Assembly: GCA_964016885.1 (NCBI GenBank)
Contig: OZ024741.1
Coordinates: 350,176,001 to 350,240,000, forward strand
Length of the DNA: 64,000 nt
DNA from: Eledone cirrhosa
Taxonomy: Eukaryota
Direction: 5' to 3'
The notes under the pieces are model-generated. The model had not been told where the DNA came from, did not search any database, and saw nothing but the letters and a program-made list of their open reading frames with translations. Shown piece by piece: positions 40,560 to 55,575 of this stretch. The stretch's first letter is position 1. Every line of letters starts with the position of its first letter. Made by a program: the position numbers and the translations under genes.

Positions 40560-41093
40560 ACATGTATATATATAAAATTATACAATAACATTAATAAAGA
40601 TGCTGATGTTACATAAATCGTTTATTCACTATAATTATTTCAACGGTTCTCCCATGCAATCATGATGTAATTCATGCATTTGTTGTTGTTGTTATGAGAA
40701 CGGTATCTTCAGATGAAATTTGATTTTGAGATATGCCGCCGGCAATTAAAAAACATACGTCCTCTTGCTCGTGCGTCCGGCAGACATATGAGTTCCTGAA
40801 AGGGTCTCCTATCCATCGTGTTTACTGGAGTAAAGTGCAATCCACGTGTAGATTAGCGAAATCAGGATTCACGTATCCCTCACGGAATTGGGGTCGTAAA
40901 TCAGCTGAAAGGTAACCCCTCAAGTATGTTGTATTGATCTGTATCAAACGATAATCTATACGTAGCCAGAATCCAGTAGATAGTGGAAGCATGGCTTCTA
41001 CAGGATTAGAACTGTTTCATTCGAAAAAGATAATTGGTTTTGATGTTTACCCACTACTAATGTATTGGGTACCGGTGATTGAACCAGGGACTC

Positions 41094-41147
<54 letters not shown>

Positions 41148-41625
41148 ATATATATATATACATATATATATATATGTATACATACTCATTGACCGCCAAT
41201 GAACCCTTTTGTACATCATCAATATTCCATACAATTTAGCTTAGCGGATCGGCACAATGAACTTAAACCCTACAAGAAACCAGAGACTAGGCAAAAAATA
41301 GCCTAGTCTCTGGTAGCTTCGAAAATCAATAAACAAAAACAAAAAGAAAATATGTTATGCCATCTGTACATGTCAACCTTTAACTAAGAGAAATCCGAAT
41401 GTTTTACATCTTTACCAACATCCAATAAACGATGCTACAAAATAACTAAAAGTGAAAAACGTATTGTAGAGATAGCCAAACAAAAAAAGTAAAAACAAAA
41501 CTTAAAACAATCAAAATCTCTAATGAAGATAGTGCCGAACGCAAAGCTTCGATAGGATAACTAACATACCTACAGTTAGCAAATGCAATCAATTAAACTG
41601 GGGAGTAGGCAGTGATTTATTAGAA

Positions 41626-41844
41626 CAGGCATGACAAACTGAGGGTCCCGCGAGGGCCACATGGGTCACATATGTGTTCTCTGAGGGCCATACAGGACAG
41701 CTAATTGTGCACATTACAACTAATTTGTTTAATTTTATATTACGAGGATAAAACATGCTCACGCAGTAAAAACCTTTGCGCAGGCCACAGGTGTGCTTGT
41801 AATGGGCCACATGTGGCCCGCGAGCCGCATATTTGGAATGCCTG
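41626..41844. mobile_element. hAT-type MITE
   Basis: TIR CAGGCATGACAAA / TTTGGAATGCCTG; perfect 8-bp TSD TATTAGAA (41618-41625 and 41845-41852). Confidence 0.9.
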
Positions 41845-42335
41845 TATTAGAATGTCCCGAATTTCACTTCAAAGGACGGACTATTTTTTAAATTAAACAA
41901 CTTTAATGTCACAAAAAATATTTTAATATTTGTTTAATGCATATAAACGTTGGCCATGTACATTATAATGAATAAACAAGTATGACACTTTGACAAAGGA
42001 TGACAATATACCGTCAACAAACTAGGACACCATATATAAGAAAACTTCCACTGTGTCTACATATACAAAGTTGTGTATTTTACGAAATTGTTCCGTCTTC
42101 CCATACTATCGACATCGACAAACACCAACGAACCTGTTTCTTCTTCTTCTTCTTCTTCATTTAATTAACATTCAGCAACAAGTATCTCTTTTCCCGCAAA
42201 AAAAATATCCTAAAGATAAAACACATATGTGATAATTCTTATTAGGACAAGAGTTGTGTCCTTTGTCAAGACAGCAACACAAGCAATAGAGCAAAAGAGA
42301 GCGATGTAAGTAGGTCGATAGATAGATAGATAGAT

Positions 42336-42772
42336 ATCTTTATTCGCCACGAGGGCGTACAAAAAATGGAACATTACAAGACGTGACGGCGGGGGGGGGG
42401 GGGGGGGTTTACATAAAAATCATATAACATTAATAAATAACAATAAACTATATATAAAATAAAATAACAATCGAAATCCCCAGTAGGGGGGTACGTTACT
42501 GCGGGGTTGTTGTAGATAGAACAACCCTTAACACCAGGAACACGTTTTGTAGGTGTTCCCGTATTCCCTCTGGTGTTCCCGTCTTCCTCAATCTACAGGT
42601 TTATATACAGAGAAGACCCATTCACTCGGGCCATTTTCGCCACATTCACCCACCTTTCAGCGAATTTACTGGGGTGCAGCACCCTTCTCTCCACTCTCAC
42701 CTTCCTTTTGAAGTGGTATTTAAAGAAGGGATAAGTTGTTGTCCGGAGAGGATGGTGTTTGCCCTCAGTCCT
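42336..42772 (-). mobile_element. Tx1-clade LINE 3' end inside a (GATA)n array
   Basis: PFFKYHFKRKVRVERRVLHPSKFAERWVNVAKMARVNG C-terminus, 3' UTR and AATAAA; (GATA)n on both sides. Confidence 0.9.
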
Positions 42773-42782
42773 AGATAGATAA

Positions 42783-42834
<52 letters not shown>

Positions 42835-42836
42835 AT

Positions 42837-42873
<37 letters not shown>

Positions 42874-43564
42874 CAGATAACGGCGTATATGGACCATATA
42901 AACCTTCATGCTTCCTGAGATTCGCCAACACTGCAACTGATGTCCCCCCTCCATACACACGCACACATGTATTTCATGACTCATACACTGTTCATTTTCC
43001 TGACATTTGAACATTATTCTATATACTATACATGCACCTTTGATGAGTTGTAGTGTACCTGAGCATTGTACACAATCATTTCATTATTATTATTATGATG
43101 ATTTATATATAATAAACGTATATTTAGTCTCGCTGCGAGAAGCGTTGGTCATATGACGGTTGCTTCGGTATAAAAACGTTAAGCCACCAACAAACAGGAA
43201 GAAATTAAGAAGGTCACAGACTACAACAAACAACAGAGTTTTCAGGTTAGAGTGGCCTCTTTTCATGTATATTTATACAAACATAGAAATACATATACTT
43301 ATGTACAGGCAAATCTACGCACTATTCGGTGAGCATTGATTATCGTGAGTGTTCCCACATGTTTTCCAAATATCCCCCATTTCAACAAACAAACTTTGTG
43401 GGGTTTCCCCTTTAATTGCTGACGTCCTGGTAATGTAAAGGTCTCTCTCTCTTCTTCATCTTTAACAGCTCACACCTATGCAGGATTAGCTGGCTTCCTC
43501 CAAGGTATATCTCGTTGGAGGTGTCTTGGGTAGTTTAATTATAGGTACCCCAGTCCTATCATCT

Positions 43565-43752
43565 CATTTCTACAGCTGAGTAAACTGGAGTAACGTGAAA
43601 TAAAGTGTCTTGCTCAAGGAAACAACACATCACCCGGTCCGAGAATTGAACTCACAACCTTTCGATTGCAAGCCCAATGCTCTAACCACTGTAAAGGTCT
43701 GCACTGGGTTAAATCGACACATACATACAGACAGACAGACAGACAGACAGAC

Positions 43753-43799
<47 letters not shown>

Positions 43800-44005
43800 C
43801 AGCCGATCGACTTTCGTCAAATCAGACCGAGGAAACAATGTTTCCATTGGTCTTTCCAATTGCTAATACATTCTATCGGTCCTAACTCCAGGTAGAAGGA
43901 GCAACGTGAAATAAAGTGTCTTGCCCAAGGACATACCGCATTGCCTAGTCCAGTGATCGAACTCACAACCTCACGATTGCGAATCCAATTCTCTAACCAC
44001 TCAGC
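43565..44005 (-). mobile_element. Two tRNA-derived CORE/V-type SINE fragments (43565-43690 and 43885-44005)
   Basis: Sense strand GTGGTTAGAG..GAGTTCGAT/AAT head followed by CCTTG(A/G)GCAAGACACTTTATTTCACGTT.CTCC. Confidence 0.75.
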
Positions 44006-44129
44006 TATATATATATATATATATTTGTATGCACACACGCACACACGCACACACACACACACATACACACATATATATATATATTTATATACATATAGTT
44101 TTAGTTTGGTGTTCAAGCTTGATTTCTAA

Positions 44130-44790
44130 ATGACATCCATTTTCTTTGCAGTTGTCTAGGATAAGTTAATTCTATTGCAATATATCTTTTTCTGATGTGT
44201 TGATACACAAATGAGGATACCTAAAATACTCAACACTTCTTAGGTAATTTCTATTTTGTGATAAAATATCACCCTCCCTATTGTATGCAATATATTCCGT
44301 TTTCTTCTGATTTTAGTGAAGTCCAATTGTTTCAGTAATCCTTTACACCTTCTGTGCTTTTTCGAAGGTGTTTGATAAGAGTGCAATATCAGCTACAAAA
44401 TCAGCATCAGTTATTGTTCTTTCCGGGTGAAAAGAGATGAAAAAAGGGTTACATAATTTGTGGGGTTTTTTCAAAAAATTTCTACAAATTTCATACTTGA
44501 CGACCTAAGAAAGTTCAAAAATGTAGGGAGCACAGAACTAACGAGTTTCTATACGGTGGCTTAAGATCGATTACAGACGTCATAAACGCTAGAAATGTCG
44601 GTCTCAAAGGTCATGTAAGACGAAGAGATCAAGCAGAGTCATTACACCAGTTACTGATGTGGAAAGCCACAGATGATAGAAGAATAAGAGAGAGAGCGGT
44701 TTTGCAAGGATAAGAATCTTAGAAAAAAATGATCTCGCGGAAGACATGCTGGATAGGGACAAGTAGAGAAGTATAATTATGTCCGTGGAA
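44130..44790. mobile_element. RTE-clade remnant with inverted 5' part
   Basis: Minus strand 44430-44130: HPERTITDADFVADIALLSN..KKTEY. Plus strand 44505-44790: GHVRRRDQ..LLMW..MLDRDK 3' end followed by (CCA)n(GAT)n. Confidence 0.65.
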
Positions 44791-44892
44791 ACCCACCACC
44801 ACCACCACCACCACCGCCACGACGACGATGATGATGATGATGATGCACACACACACGCATATATATATATATATATTATAGATATATTATAC

Positions 44893-45234
44893 ATAACGAA
44901 GAATCAGTGATACATCAAAACAATTTATTAACATTACATATGTTTCTCCGACGATCAGCTCAAGGCAGGGTCTGTCATAGATCGATCCTGACTCTGCAAT
45001 CGCAAGTTCCTCAGATATGTTTTGCGCTGTCAAAGTTTTTCATCCGATTCAGGTTCGATCTGTAACAGATCCTGCCTTGAGCTGATCGTCGGTGAAACAT
45101 ATGTAATATGTTAATAAATTGTGTTTTGATGCATCACTGATTCCTCGTTATCTATAATAATAATTTACTCTGCTCTGCGTGAGCATCGAGTGTTCAAACG
45201 GCATACCGCCTACGGACGCATTTATTTCAACCAT

Positions 45235-45243
<9 letters not shown>
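44893..45243 (+). mobile_element. Penelope-like hairpin insert, family A (copy 3)
   Basis: Inverted arms 44894-44975 / 45062-45151 plus the family A tail ending at (TA)n. Confidence 0.7.
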
Positions 45244-45272
<29 letters not shown>

Positions 45273-45276
<4 letters not shown>

Positions 45277-46093
45277 AAATATAGAAATAGCTTCTACAGG
45301 ACTAAAACTGTTACATACAGTCGTGTAAAAATATTGAAACAAGCAATTATAACAATAGAAATCCCCAATAGGGGAGAAGCGCCACAAATGGGATGTTTAA
45401 TACCCCGTCGATAGAACAACCCTCAACTTCAGGAGCGTATTGTGCAAGTGCTCCCTTCTTCATTTTGCTCTCTTCTTTAACCTACAGGCTTATAAACAGA
45501 GAAGGCCCAATCACTCGGGCCATTTTCGTTTCATTCACTCACCTTTCAGTAAATTTACTGGGGTGCAGTGCCTTTCTCTCCACTCTGATTCTCCTTCTAA
45601 AGTGATACTTAAAGAAGGGAATCAATTGTTGTCCGGAGAGAAAGGCATCTGTCCTCAGTCCTCTCAACCTCGTCCACCATATAACCTCTTTCACCATAGC
45701 CACTGTACAGAGGAAAACCGCCTCTCTTTCGATTTTGAAAGAGGCCGGCGGGTTGATCCTTACTATGGACTCGGCAGTGAACTGGATTTGTCCCATACGC
45801 GGCACCAGTTGTTCTGCATAGTTCCACAGCTCGCTTACGCCCGGGCAGTGTACAATTGCGTGCAAGACGGTTTCAATGTCCTGCTCGCATCTTGGACACG
45901 TCCTCTTGGAAGGATCCCTGCTGGGGCGTCCATGCCTGTAGATCTTATCTCGAACGGGTAGAGCTCCTCGGTAGCACTGCCAGGCCAGGGACCTCTGGAA
46001 GTTGTCCATAGGTCCCGGGCGGAAAGTCCTACCGAACAGACTGGTGAGCTCGTCGTCTTCGACGCTTTGAGTCTCCCCGAGCACGTCGTTGCA

Positions 46094-46096
<3 letters not shown>
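45273..46096 (-). mobile_element. Tx1-clade LINE 3' portion bounded by (TA)n arrays
   Basis: ORF 45539-46153 (after the TA artefact): CNDVLGET..MDNFQRSLAWQCYRGALPVRDK..CPRC..ETVLHAIVHC. Confidence 0.9.
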
Positions 46097-46149
<53 letters not shown>

Positions 46150-46621
46150 TCAAAACTGCTAGACGTCGCGGTCGCGTTAATACGTTCGTTCATGTGTATA
46201 TATTTCAGCCTTTATATAGGTATGGGGGGGGGGTGTATTCAGACACAATCCGGCACATACACAAACATACTCAAAAACACATCATATAAATACATACATA
46301 CACCCACACACAAATGAATGTGTGTGTGAGTCTACACTCTTGTGTGAGAGTACATGTTTTGTTCAATCACACTTCTACGGTTGTAAACCTTCCATTGATG
46401 CCAACAACAATACATATTATTCCATGGCTCTGTACATAACAACTATTTACACACGAACGCCGAGAGATTTACGTAGGCAATTCATTATAACAATGTACCT
46501 TATTCATTGATAAATCTAACTTTTTTGTCGTTTTTTTCTTCACTATTTTCACGTGTGCGCTTGTTATGTTCTCTTTATATGTAGATATGTGCAGCAGAGT
46601 ACCAACACATACATACATACA

Positions 46622-46656
<35 letters not shown>

Positions 46657-47759
46657 GCATATACATACATATATATACATATATACATACATACATATAT
46701 ACATACATACATATACATACATACATATATATATAGAGATATAGATATAGATAGTGTGTGTGTGTGCATGTATGTATGTGTCTTTGTGTGTGCCTGTGTA
46801 TTGCGTGTGTGTGTGTGTGTGTGTGTTCGTGCACGTGTTTGAGTGTGTGCACCTTTACAAACAAAAAGGAAATGTATTCGACAGAAAAGGAGTGTGTAAT
46901 TAGTTATTATAGTGCTGAGGTAAGAATCTCAGCATTACAATAAATATATACACGTGTGTGTGTGTGTGTTTGTGGTGTACGTATTTGTATGTATGTATGT
47001 CAGGTCGCTCTCCAGTGCTACTGGTAACATATAACCCAGTACAACATGTCGCATGGTCGGGTCGTCGGCGACTAAACCTGCAACCTCACCAAACTTGCTT
47101 GGTAAGGAGGGTGATATTTGGACACCCTGCTGAATGAAAAACAAAACCACATAAAGGGCGGAGGAACACAGCAGTGTCAACAGCCATCCAAATAGCATGT
47201 ATACATTCGTGTATTCTTATGTGTGTTTGTGTATATATTTTATCTGTATTTACTTTTTTATATACATTTTAACATTTTCATCTTTTATCTTTTAATTTTG
47301 TTTTTTGGCCATATTTTATGCATGTCTTTGGTGTCTGTACGTGTGAAGTGTGGAGATGTCTTGCTCTTCTGAAGATTGGTCTATGAGCAAAGATCTTGAG
47401 AAGGAAATCTCAAGTCACCAAAACCCGTTCTTTCTTAATGTGGTTCACATAAATGTCTATACTATTTTCGGAGGATAATTGCCACTGGATCTCAAACTTC
47501 TAGTGTGGTGCCTAACGCGGGGTAACTCACATGCGACCAATGGGGCTTTCTGGTTATCTTGCTTATGCGTCACTAGTTTTTAGTTGTATTGACTTGTGTG
47601 TAGCAAAAGTACATTTCATCAAGATCTTATGTGTAGATACCTCTTCAAAAATCCAGCGACGATGTGGAATTGCTGTCGTATGCAGACTTAACAGGCTGTA
47701 TTGTTTTCGTTCAGAAATAATCTTCGGTGGAGCATTGGGTGTCTGAGCAGTCCTATCTA

Positions 47760-49620
47760 GGAGGGGGCTGCTCACAAAGTTTCTGCGAAGGATCTAGAAA
47801 AGGGGATCTAAACATCCCCTGTTCAATGTTTGAGCTGGCCAGCTTGCTTCGGGTGGCGGCTGTACGCTTATGCAGGTTAAATGGCAGACATGTAAAATAT
47901 ATAAGAAATCGAGTGAAAATTAAGATAACTGTTTGGAATGTACATACACGCCTGGACAATGATGGTTTTAAAAAGCCCAGAACGTAGGACTGCCATTGTT
48001 GCGGGAGAGCTTGCATCTTACATATTGTAGTACTTGCAGAACAAGACTGAATGGGGAGGATAATTTGACAGGAGATGTAGCAGGATACACCTTCATATGG
48101 ATAGGTAAACCAAAAGGTGAGAAGAGGGAAAATTGCGTGGGATTTTCCATAAAGGCAACCCTTGCTAACAAAATTAAGCAGCCACAGTGTACAAACGAAA
48201 GAATATTGAGTACGTGTTCCATTGATTGGTAATAGTTATATGATAATCATTTCTGCATACGCACCGACATTAAGCCGTAGTCAAGAACCAGTTTTAAGGT
48301 TCTACCAGGTTCTTAGAGTTATATTTTCTTACTTACCTAGGGAAAAAAAAGATCCTTTTGCTAGGTAACTTTAATGTTCGTGTACGACGTTATCATGATA
48401 TTTGGGATGCAATAGGCCCCTATGGTCTAGGGAAAATGAATGATAATGGATTACATCTTCAACTTAGTACAGAATTTGGATTGATGATATTTTTTCCAAC
48501 AAAAAGAAATTCCTAAAAAGACATGGACACATCCTAGATCAAAACACGGCCACTTATTAATTAGATTACATCATCACAAAAAAAATCAAGATTTGCAAGA
48601 TATTTGCTTAATAAAAGAAATGCGAGGAACAGTGTGGGGCAGATCATTCCCTTTTAAGAGGTAAATTAAAGCTACAAAAAAGGCAAAAATTAAGATTGGG
48701 TGTGATTAAAGTTCCTAAACGTATTGACATTTCAAAATTGGACACTGCTGAAGTTCGTAAAAACTTAGTTCGAGCCTCTGAAAGTGCTGAAATGGAGTTT
48801 GATAGAATGTGGGAGAAGTTTAGTTTATACTCAACTGGGATACAAGAAAAGGAAACACAGGAATTGGTTCGATGAAAACAACCAAAAAATTGTCATTCTG
48901 CAACAAAAGCAACAGTTCTAACTCAAAACGTTTAAAGAAAGTCAACCAGTTACCGGTAGCTAAAGCCCCATTCAAGCAATTGTATGCAACAATACAACAG
49001 GAACTGAGAAGAATAAAAATAAGTGGATAATATAGGAAGGGCACTCTACAACCTCATTAATCAAGTTTTGGGGCCTAAATCATCAAGCCTGTATTGTTCG
49101 GGGATGGTCGTAATTTGTACAAGGATGTTGATGGTATTATGAAGCGATAATACGAACATTTCACTGATCTGTTTCATAACCCATCAGAAATTGATTTAGA
49201 TGTAATGAGCCTTCTCGACCAGACAGAAATAATTGCAGAAATGATGGATTTGCCTACACCTGCTGAAGTAGAATCGGCAAATATGGGAATAAATACCAGG
49301 AAGGTTCTTTGGATGGGATTCCAATTGAGCTTTTGAGATATGGAGGAGAGGTTATTATTTCTCAGGTTTATTCGGATATTACGAATTTGGGAGGGTGGCG
49401 ATATCCCAAGATTGGATAAATCCAATTATAATATTCTTGTACAAGAGCAAAGGATCTAAAGCAAAATGAAACGACTATCGTGGTATCAGTGTAACTGAAG
49501 CCACTGGTAAGGTTCTTGCCAATTTATTAACACATTGTCGACTCGGAGCTGTCCCTCGGTTTTACCAGAGCGTCAATGTGGGTTAGCATCGAGTCGCGGC
49601 ACCATGGTATTTACAGCACG
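47760..49620 (+). mobile_element. Decayed RTE (BovB-like) LINE: APE endonuclease and start of RT
   Basis: TVWNVHT, GYTFIWIGKP, VGFSIK, IISAYAPTL, LLGNFNVRV, YGLGKMNDNG, TWTHPRSKH, NDYRGIS..GKVLA and LPERQCG motifs with many disablements. Confidence 0.85.
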
Positions 49621-49682
49621 TATATAGTGTACCTCCCAATATATATATAATATATTATAATATATAATATAATATAATATAG

Positions 49683-49747
<65 letters not shown>

Positions 49748-49814
49748 TACACATACACATAACATATAAAGTATACCAAAATAATTGTATACCAAAATTG
49801 TATACCAAAATAAT

Positions 49815-50020
49815 TGGTTCTACTTTTTCTAATTTTTGTTTTTTAAGGGGAGGGGAAGTCGATTAAATCGACCCCAGTGCATTATTGGTGCTTTATTTTA
49901 TCGACCCCGTAAGGATTAAAGGCAAAGTTAACTTCGGCGGATTTGAAATCAGACCGTAAAGGGGTGTAACTCTATGCTGCAAAAGCATGACGTTCGACCA
50001 AAACTGCCAATCCACCACCG
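49815..50020 (-). mobile_element. Meta-domain SINE (long subfamily)
   Basis: Core and B-box intact. Confidence 0.8.
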
Positions 50021-50169
50021 TAAAGTATACCATAATAATAAAACACAATATCAGTGACAACTAATTTGTGATAGATTTGTCTGGAAAATATTAATTTGAT
50101 ATCTTCTGTCATACCTCTCTCAAACACTCCAGATAGCCAATAGTAGAAAACCAATTATCGATATTTATC

Positions 50170-50447
50170 TGATCGTACCCTTCGCTCTTAAGCGCAACAG
50201 CAAGCAACTTCACGCCAACAGTTTCTGTTTCCCATCAAGGTTTGTAGGTCATCCTTGTCAATTCCAAGTTTCTTGCTAAGGTATCCTGAGCTTTTTGTTG
50301 GATATCTCATTTCATCGTCCACTTACTTTTGGGATTTTTCCTTATATCTGATTAAGCATAGGGTGGGTTTTCTAAGGGATATTATGACCCTTTCTCAAAA
50401 GAGTAGAATAACATCCATCTAAACAGCTCTGTAGATGGGAGTTTATG

Positions 50448-50516
<69 letters not shown>

Positions 50517-51050
50517 GCTCTACTGCTGTTCTGAACAAGCTGATTGAAAGTTTGTTTGGTATATTGGTGTTTCCAAATTTTATCTAGCTTATGAAACGTA
50601 GGGCTCCACGTATTTGAAAGTCCTTACCTGAGTTCATCATGAAGAAAACAAAGTACTTAAATTCTTCTACTTGCTTTAAAGGTTTTCTGGTAACTTTGAT
50701 TATGTTACATAAGATTATGTTGAGATAACTCGAATAAACTGCAATAGAGTCCAACAGGAGCAGCAGCTGATTCCAGCGGATGAAAGAGCTATTTTACATT
50801 TGCTGCTGAGCTGGAGGGAAGAACCAAATCATCAACACAAAATTACAAGTCTGATGGAGAAAGAGAATATTTCGATATAGATGCTGGGATTCTTCAAGGG
50901 GATACTCTAGCCCATTTTCTCTGTTCTGGACAACATCCTACCTATTTCATTAGATGGTAATAAGACGAGTGTTTAATGCTTAATTTCAGAAGAATCAGAA
51001 GTTATCCTGCTGAATTTGTCACTGAACTAGACTTTGCAGACGATTTTGGT
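50170..51050. mobile_element. Decayed RTE RT with internal inversion; (GATA)n array at 50448-50515
   Basis: Plus strand 50810-51045: FDIDAGILQGDTLAPFL..TELDFADD. Minus strand 50800-50170: LESAAAPVGL, VEEFKY, DGCYSTLLRRV. Confidence 0.7.
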
Positions 51051-51285
51051 CAACCTACCAGCCCATCTATCAACTCATCTATCTATCTACCTAGCTGCTT
51101 GTCTACCAACATACCAGACCATCTGTATGTATACTTATGTATACTTACCGAGGTATCTATTTTCGGACAAGAACAATTATGAAATAACGAAGCTCAAATC
51201 CTAATGCTACTCTATAGATAGACAGACAGATAAATAAATATATCAATAAATATACAGATGAATAAATAAATAAATAAATAAATAA

Positions 51286-51345
<60 letters not shown>

Positions 51346-51390
51346 CATTAAATTATTCTCAGACATGGCATCTTTAATGTAATTTTGGTA

Positions 51391-51446
<56 letters not shown>

Positions 51447-51659
51447 TGAGAGATGGATAGACAGGTACGTACGTATGAAAGGTAGTTAGGCAGATAATTT
51501 GATAGGTATGTGTGGAGGTATTTAATTTGATAATGGTTAAAGGAAACATGAAAGAAAATTAATGAATAGAATTAAATGAATGTAACATGAAATACGGGGA
51601 TATTCAGAATGACAATTGTGAGAAGAACTTTGTTATCAAGGAATTATTAAATTAAACAT

Positions 51660-51960
51660 TGCCAGAAAAATATAGTATAATACACTCACTGTTTTGCTTT
51701 AGTATATATCTTCTTATATTTTTATAATTAATTCAGCTGGCAATCAATACTTATCATTGATTGATCAACAGTTAAAAATATAGTATATAAATATAGTTCT
51801 CAGAGTTCTTTCGTCACACAACTGTGACATTATCAGTGATGTTTCTATGCCCCCCCCCCCCCATTATATTCCTGTAAGGATAAACATTGATTGCCAGCTG
51901 AATTAATTATAAAAATTATATGTTTTACTATAAACCCCATCGTCTTTGACGGGCACCACA
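51660..51960 (-). mobile_element. Penelope-like family C relative (inverted repeat, hammerhead-like core)
   Basis: Arms 51718-51755 / 51880-51917; similarity to the 35.5-36 kb element; CTGATAA-T-GTCACA-GTTG-TGTGAC-GAAAGAACT on the minus strand. Confidence 0.6.
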
Positions 51961-52529
51961 GTAGTACATATATACATAAACATACACGCACACACACACA
52001 CACATATATATAAGCACATGTGAAACAAACTGATACAAGGTGTATATACAAACGTACCATGATTTATGTGAAATCCCCGTTCATCTTCTCTTTTACCCTT
52101 TCTATCTCCTTTCTCTGTCTATATATGTATCAGTCAATCTACCAATCTGTCTATCTATTCAAACAAGTATCTATCTAATTATCTATCTATTTGTCTGCTT
52201 ATCGCTCTGTGTCTTTCATCGCTATCTCTCTTGTTTTCGCTCCTCCCTCCCTCTCTGTCTCTCTCTCTGCCATTTTTCTCTCCCTCTACAGGCAAACATT
52301 CTGTCTCACTGAGTAATTGTTCGTCTGTCTGTTTGCTTACGTATGCTGGCTTACGTACTTTATTATAGTTCTAACCCAGCTAAACATAATGTTCTTGCAA
52401 AAAAATTCTAACTCAGTCGCACATACACATACACGCACTCATGCATACACACAGATCCTCTCACACACACATAAGGTTGTATGTAAGAATATATATATGT
52501 ATATTATATATATGTATAATATATATATA

Positions 52530-52589
<60 letters not shown>

Positions 52590-52869
52590 TACACACACAC
52601 ATATGTATATATATGACTGATCATTTTCAGAAACCCGGTACAATGCCGTGGAAATATATAAACGGCAAATTATGACAAATAAAACAAACTTATGTTTTAC
52701 CGAGTATATTTTAACATGATATTTCAGCGCCATAACCCCCTTTTCAAATGTGAAACGGAAACAGTTCAAAACAAAATTGAACGATTGATATGTTCTTCCC
52801 TAAATGGTATTCGTGTCTGAAATATGCATGCGGGGAATCATTACACTAACCCATCTGCTTCATGCATTT

Positions 52870-53330
52870 CTCTGTGGACCAGCTATATATTCAGTCCTTC
52901 TCTGCGGATGGCTTGTTTGATGACCGCGGTCGACTTCTCATTGAAATGCGGCAGCTTTAGGTAGCATGTGTTAACTCTAGGGGCACGTGTTCTCCTTGTT
53001 CTTTTAAGTGTTACTGTCTTTGCATTTCGTTATTTTTTTTTTATGAGAGAGAAGTAGACTAGCCGTTCTCGGTGAGAGCTCTGGAATTCCACCGTGCTGG
53101 TGTGATTGTCGCTACTCTCGCTGCATCTGTTGCACATCCGGGAGATCTCATTCTGTATATAGGCCATATTGGTTCTGTAGGAAAGGGCAGAATCATGGTT
53201 CACAATGTCTCTGTAAAAGTTGGTGTATATATGGATCCCTCTTCTGAGACAATGTAAAATATCTATCTATTTCGCCCTCTCTCCGATTCTCTCATTTGTC
53301 CTGTCGCATCTCCTGATGCATATGGCTCTT
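52870..53330 (-). pseudogene. Decayed Penelope-like RT thumb/linker region
   Basis: HDSALSYRTNMAYIQNEISRMCNRCS..ENG and YLKLPHFNEKSTAVIKQAIRREGLNI resemble the Penelope H.S..P...K...E..R...CS / L.LPY motifs. Confidence 0.6.
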
Positions 53331-53798
53331 ATATACCCATACCATACAGGACTAGTCTGTTATTGACTTACTGTTATTTCCTAGTGATTCGCCTTTTTAC
53401 ATTTACTGGGATGAAACGCATCACAATTCTAGGAATTCAGTATGGAGAATTTCAACTCAGAACACATATATATATAAATATCATAAGTAAACCCCTAAGA
53501 CACAAATATACTGGCCAGAACTAGAATTTATTTATCGACTCGAAAAAATACAAGGCAAAATTAATCGGGTTTGTACTCGGGGCGCAGAAAGACGGAATAT
53601 ATACAGTAAATTATTTCATCCAAAGCTCTAAAAACTCAGCCAGTTGCATATATTTAAAATATCTACACGTCTCATGTAAATATATATTTGTATATAATGG
53701 GTAGCATATGCTTTAACATCTTAGAGGTTATATTACAATAAACTGTATAGAAACATACACATATACATTTCCGAAGACTTGCATAGTTACTCACACAT

Positions 53799-54920
<1,122 letters not shown>

Positions 54921-55409
54921 TGTGTGTGGAGAGAGAGAAAAGTGAGGAAGGGTGAGTGACTGTATATATAGAATACTTCTTCAGCGCCAACAGTTAGAAG
55001 TACCTAAAATATATACATAATTATCACCCTTCAAATATTTATACACTCAAAATAGACAGGAAATTAAGACGACTATCTTTAATAGTGACGACAAACACAC
55101 GACAAACACACAATTGAACATGGAACTATATATACAAAGGTATAATTGTCTGTAAAGTAAGGCTGGGTCTGGCTTGCTAAAAACAAATAGATAATAAAGA
55201 AGTGTAACAAATACAAAAATATGTAAATAAAACCTGAAGAAAATATAAAGGTAATAATTTTTTTTAATTAACAAGAATAGGTAAATTATAAATAGGAAAA
55301 CACAGACAATATCTATCTATCTGTTTATCTATCTCTCTATATCCCCTCTCTCTCTTTCTCCCTCTCTCTCTATATATATATATCCCCTCTCTCTTTCTCT
55401 CTCTGTATT

Positions 55410-55464
<55 letters not shown>

Positions 55465-55575
55465 GAAACGTAAACGGAAAACAACTCAGCAAAACAATAC
55501 ATTATAATGAAGATATATATTAGATTAATACTGGATATAGTAGGGAAAGAGTCTTATTATTTGGTACGTTAGTGA

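Noticed and set aside
40733-40915. 60-aa ORF or exon in a GC-richer unique segment
   Set aside because: All plus-strand frames from the nearby acceptor hit stops. A minus-strand terminal exon (DLRPQFREGYVNPDF..) is conceivable but unsupported.
41273-41320. Hairpin CCAGAGACTAGGC..GCCTAGTCTCTGG as a terminator or MITE
   Set aside because: A single short palindrome with no family members or TSD; intrinsic terminators are not relevant in this eukaryotic context.
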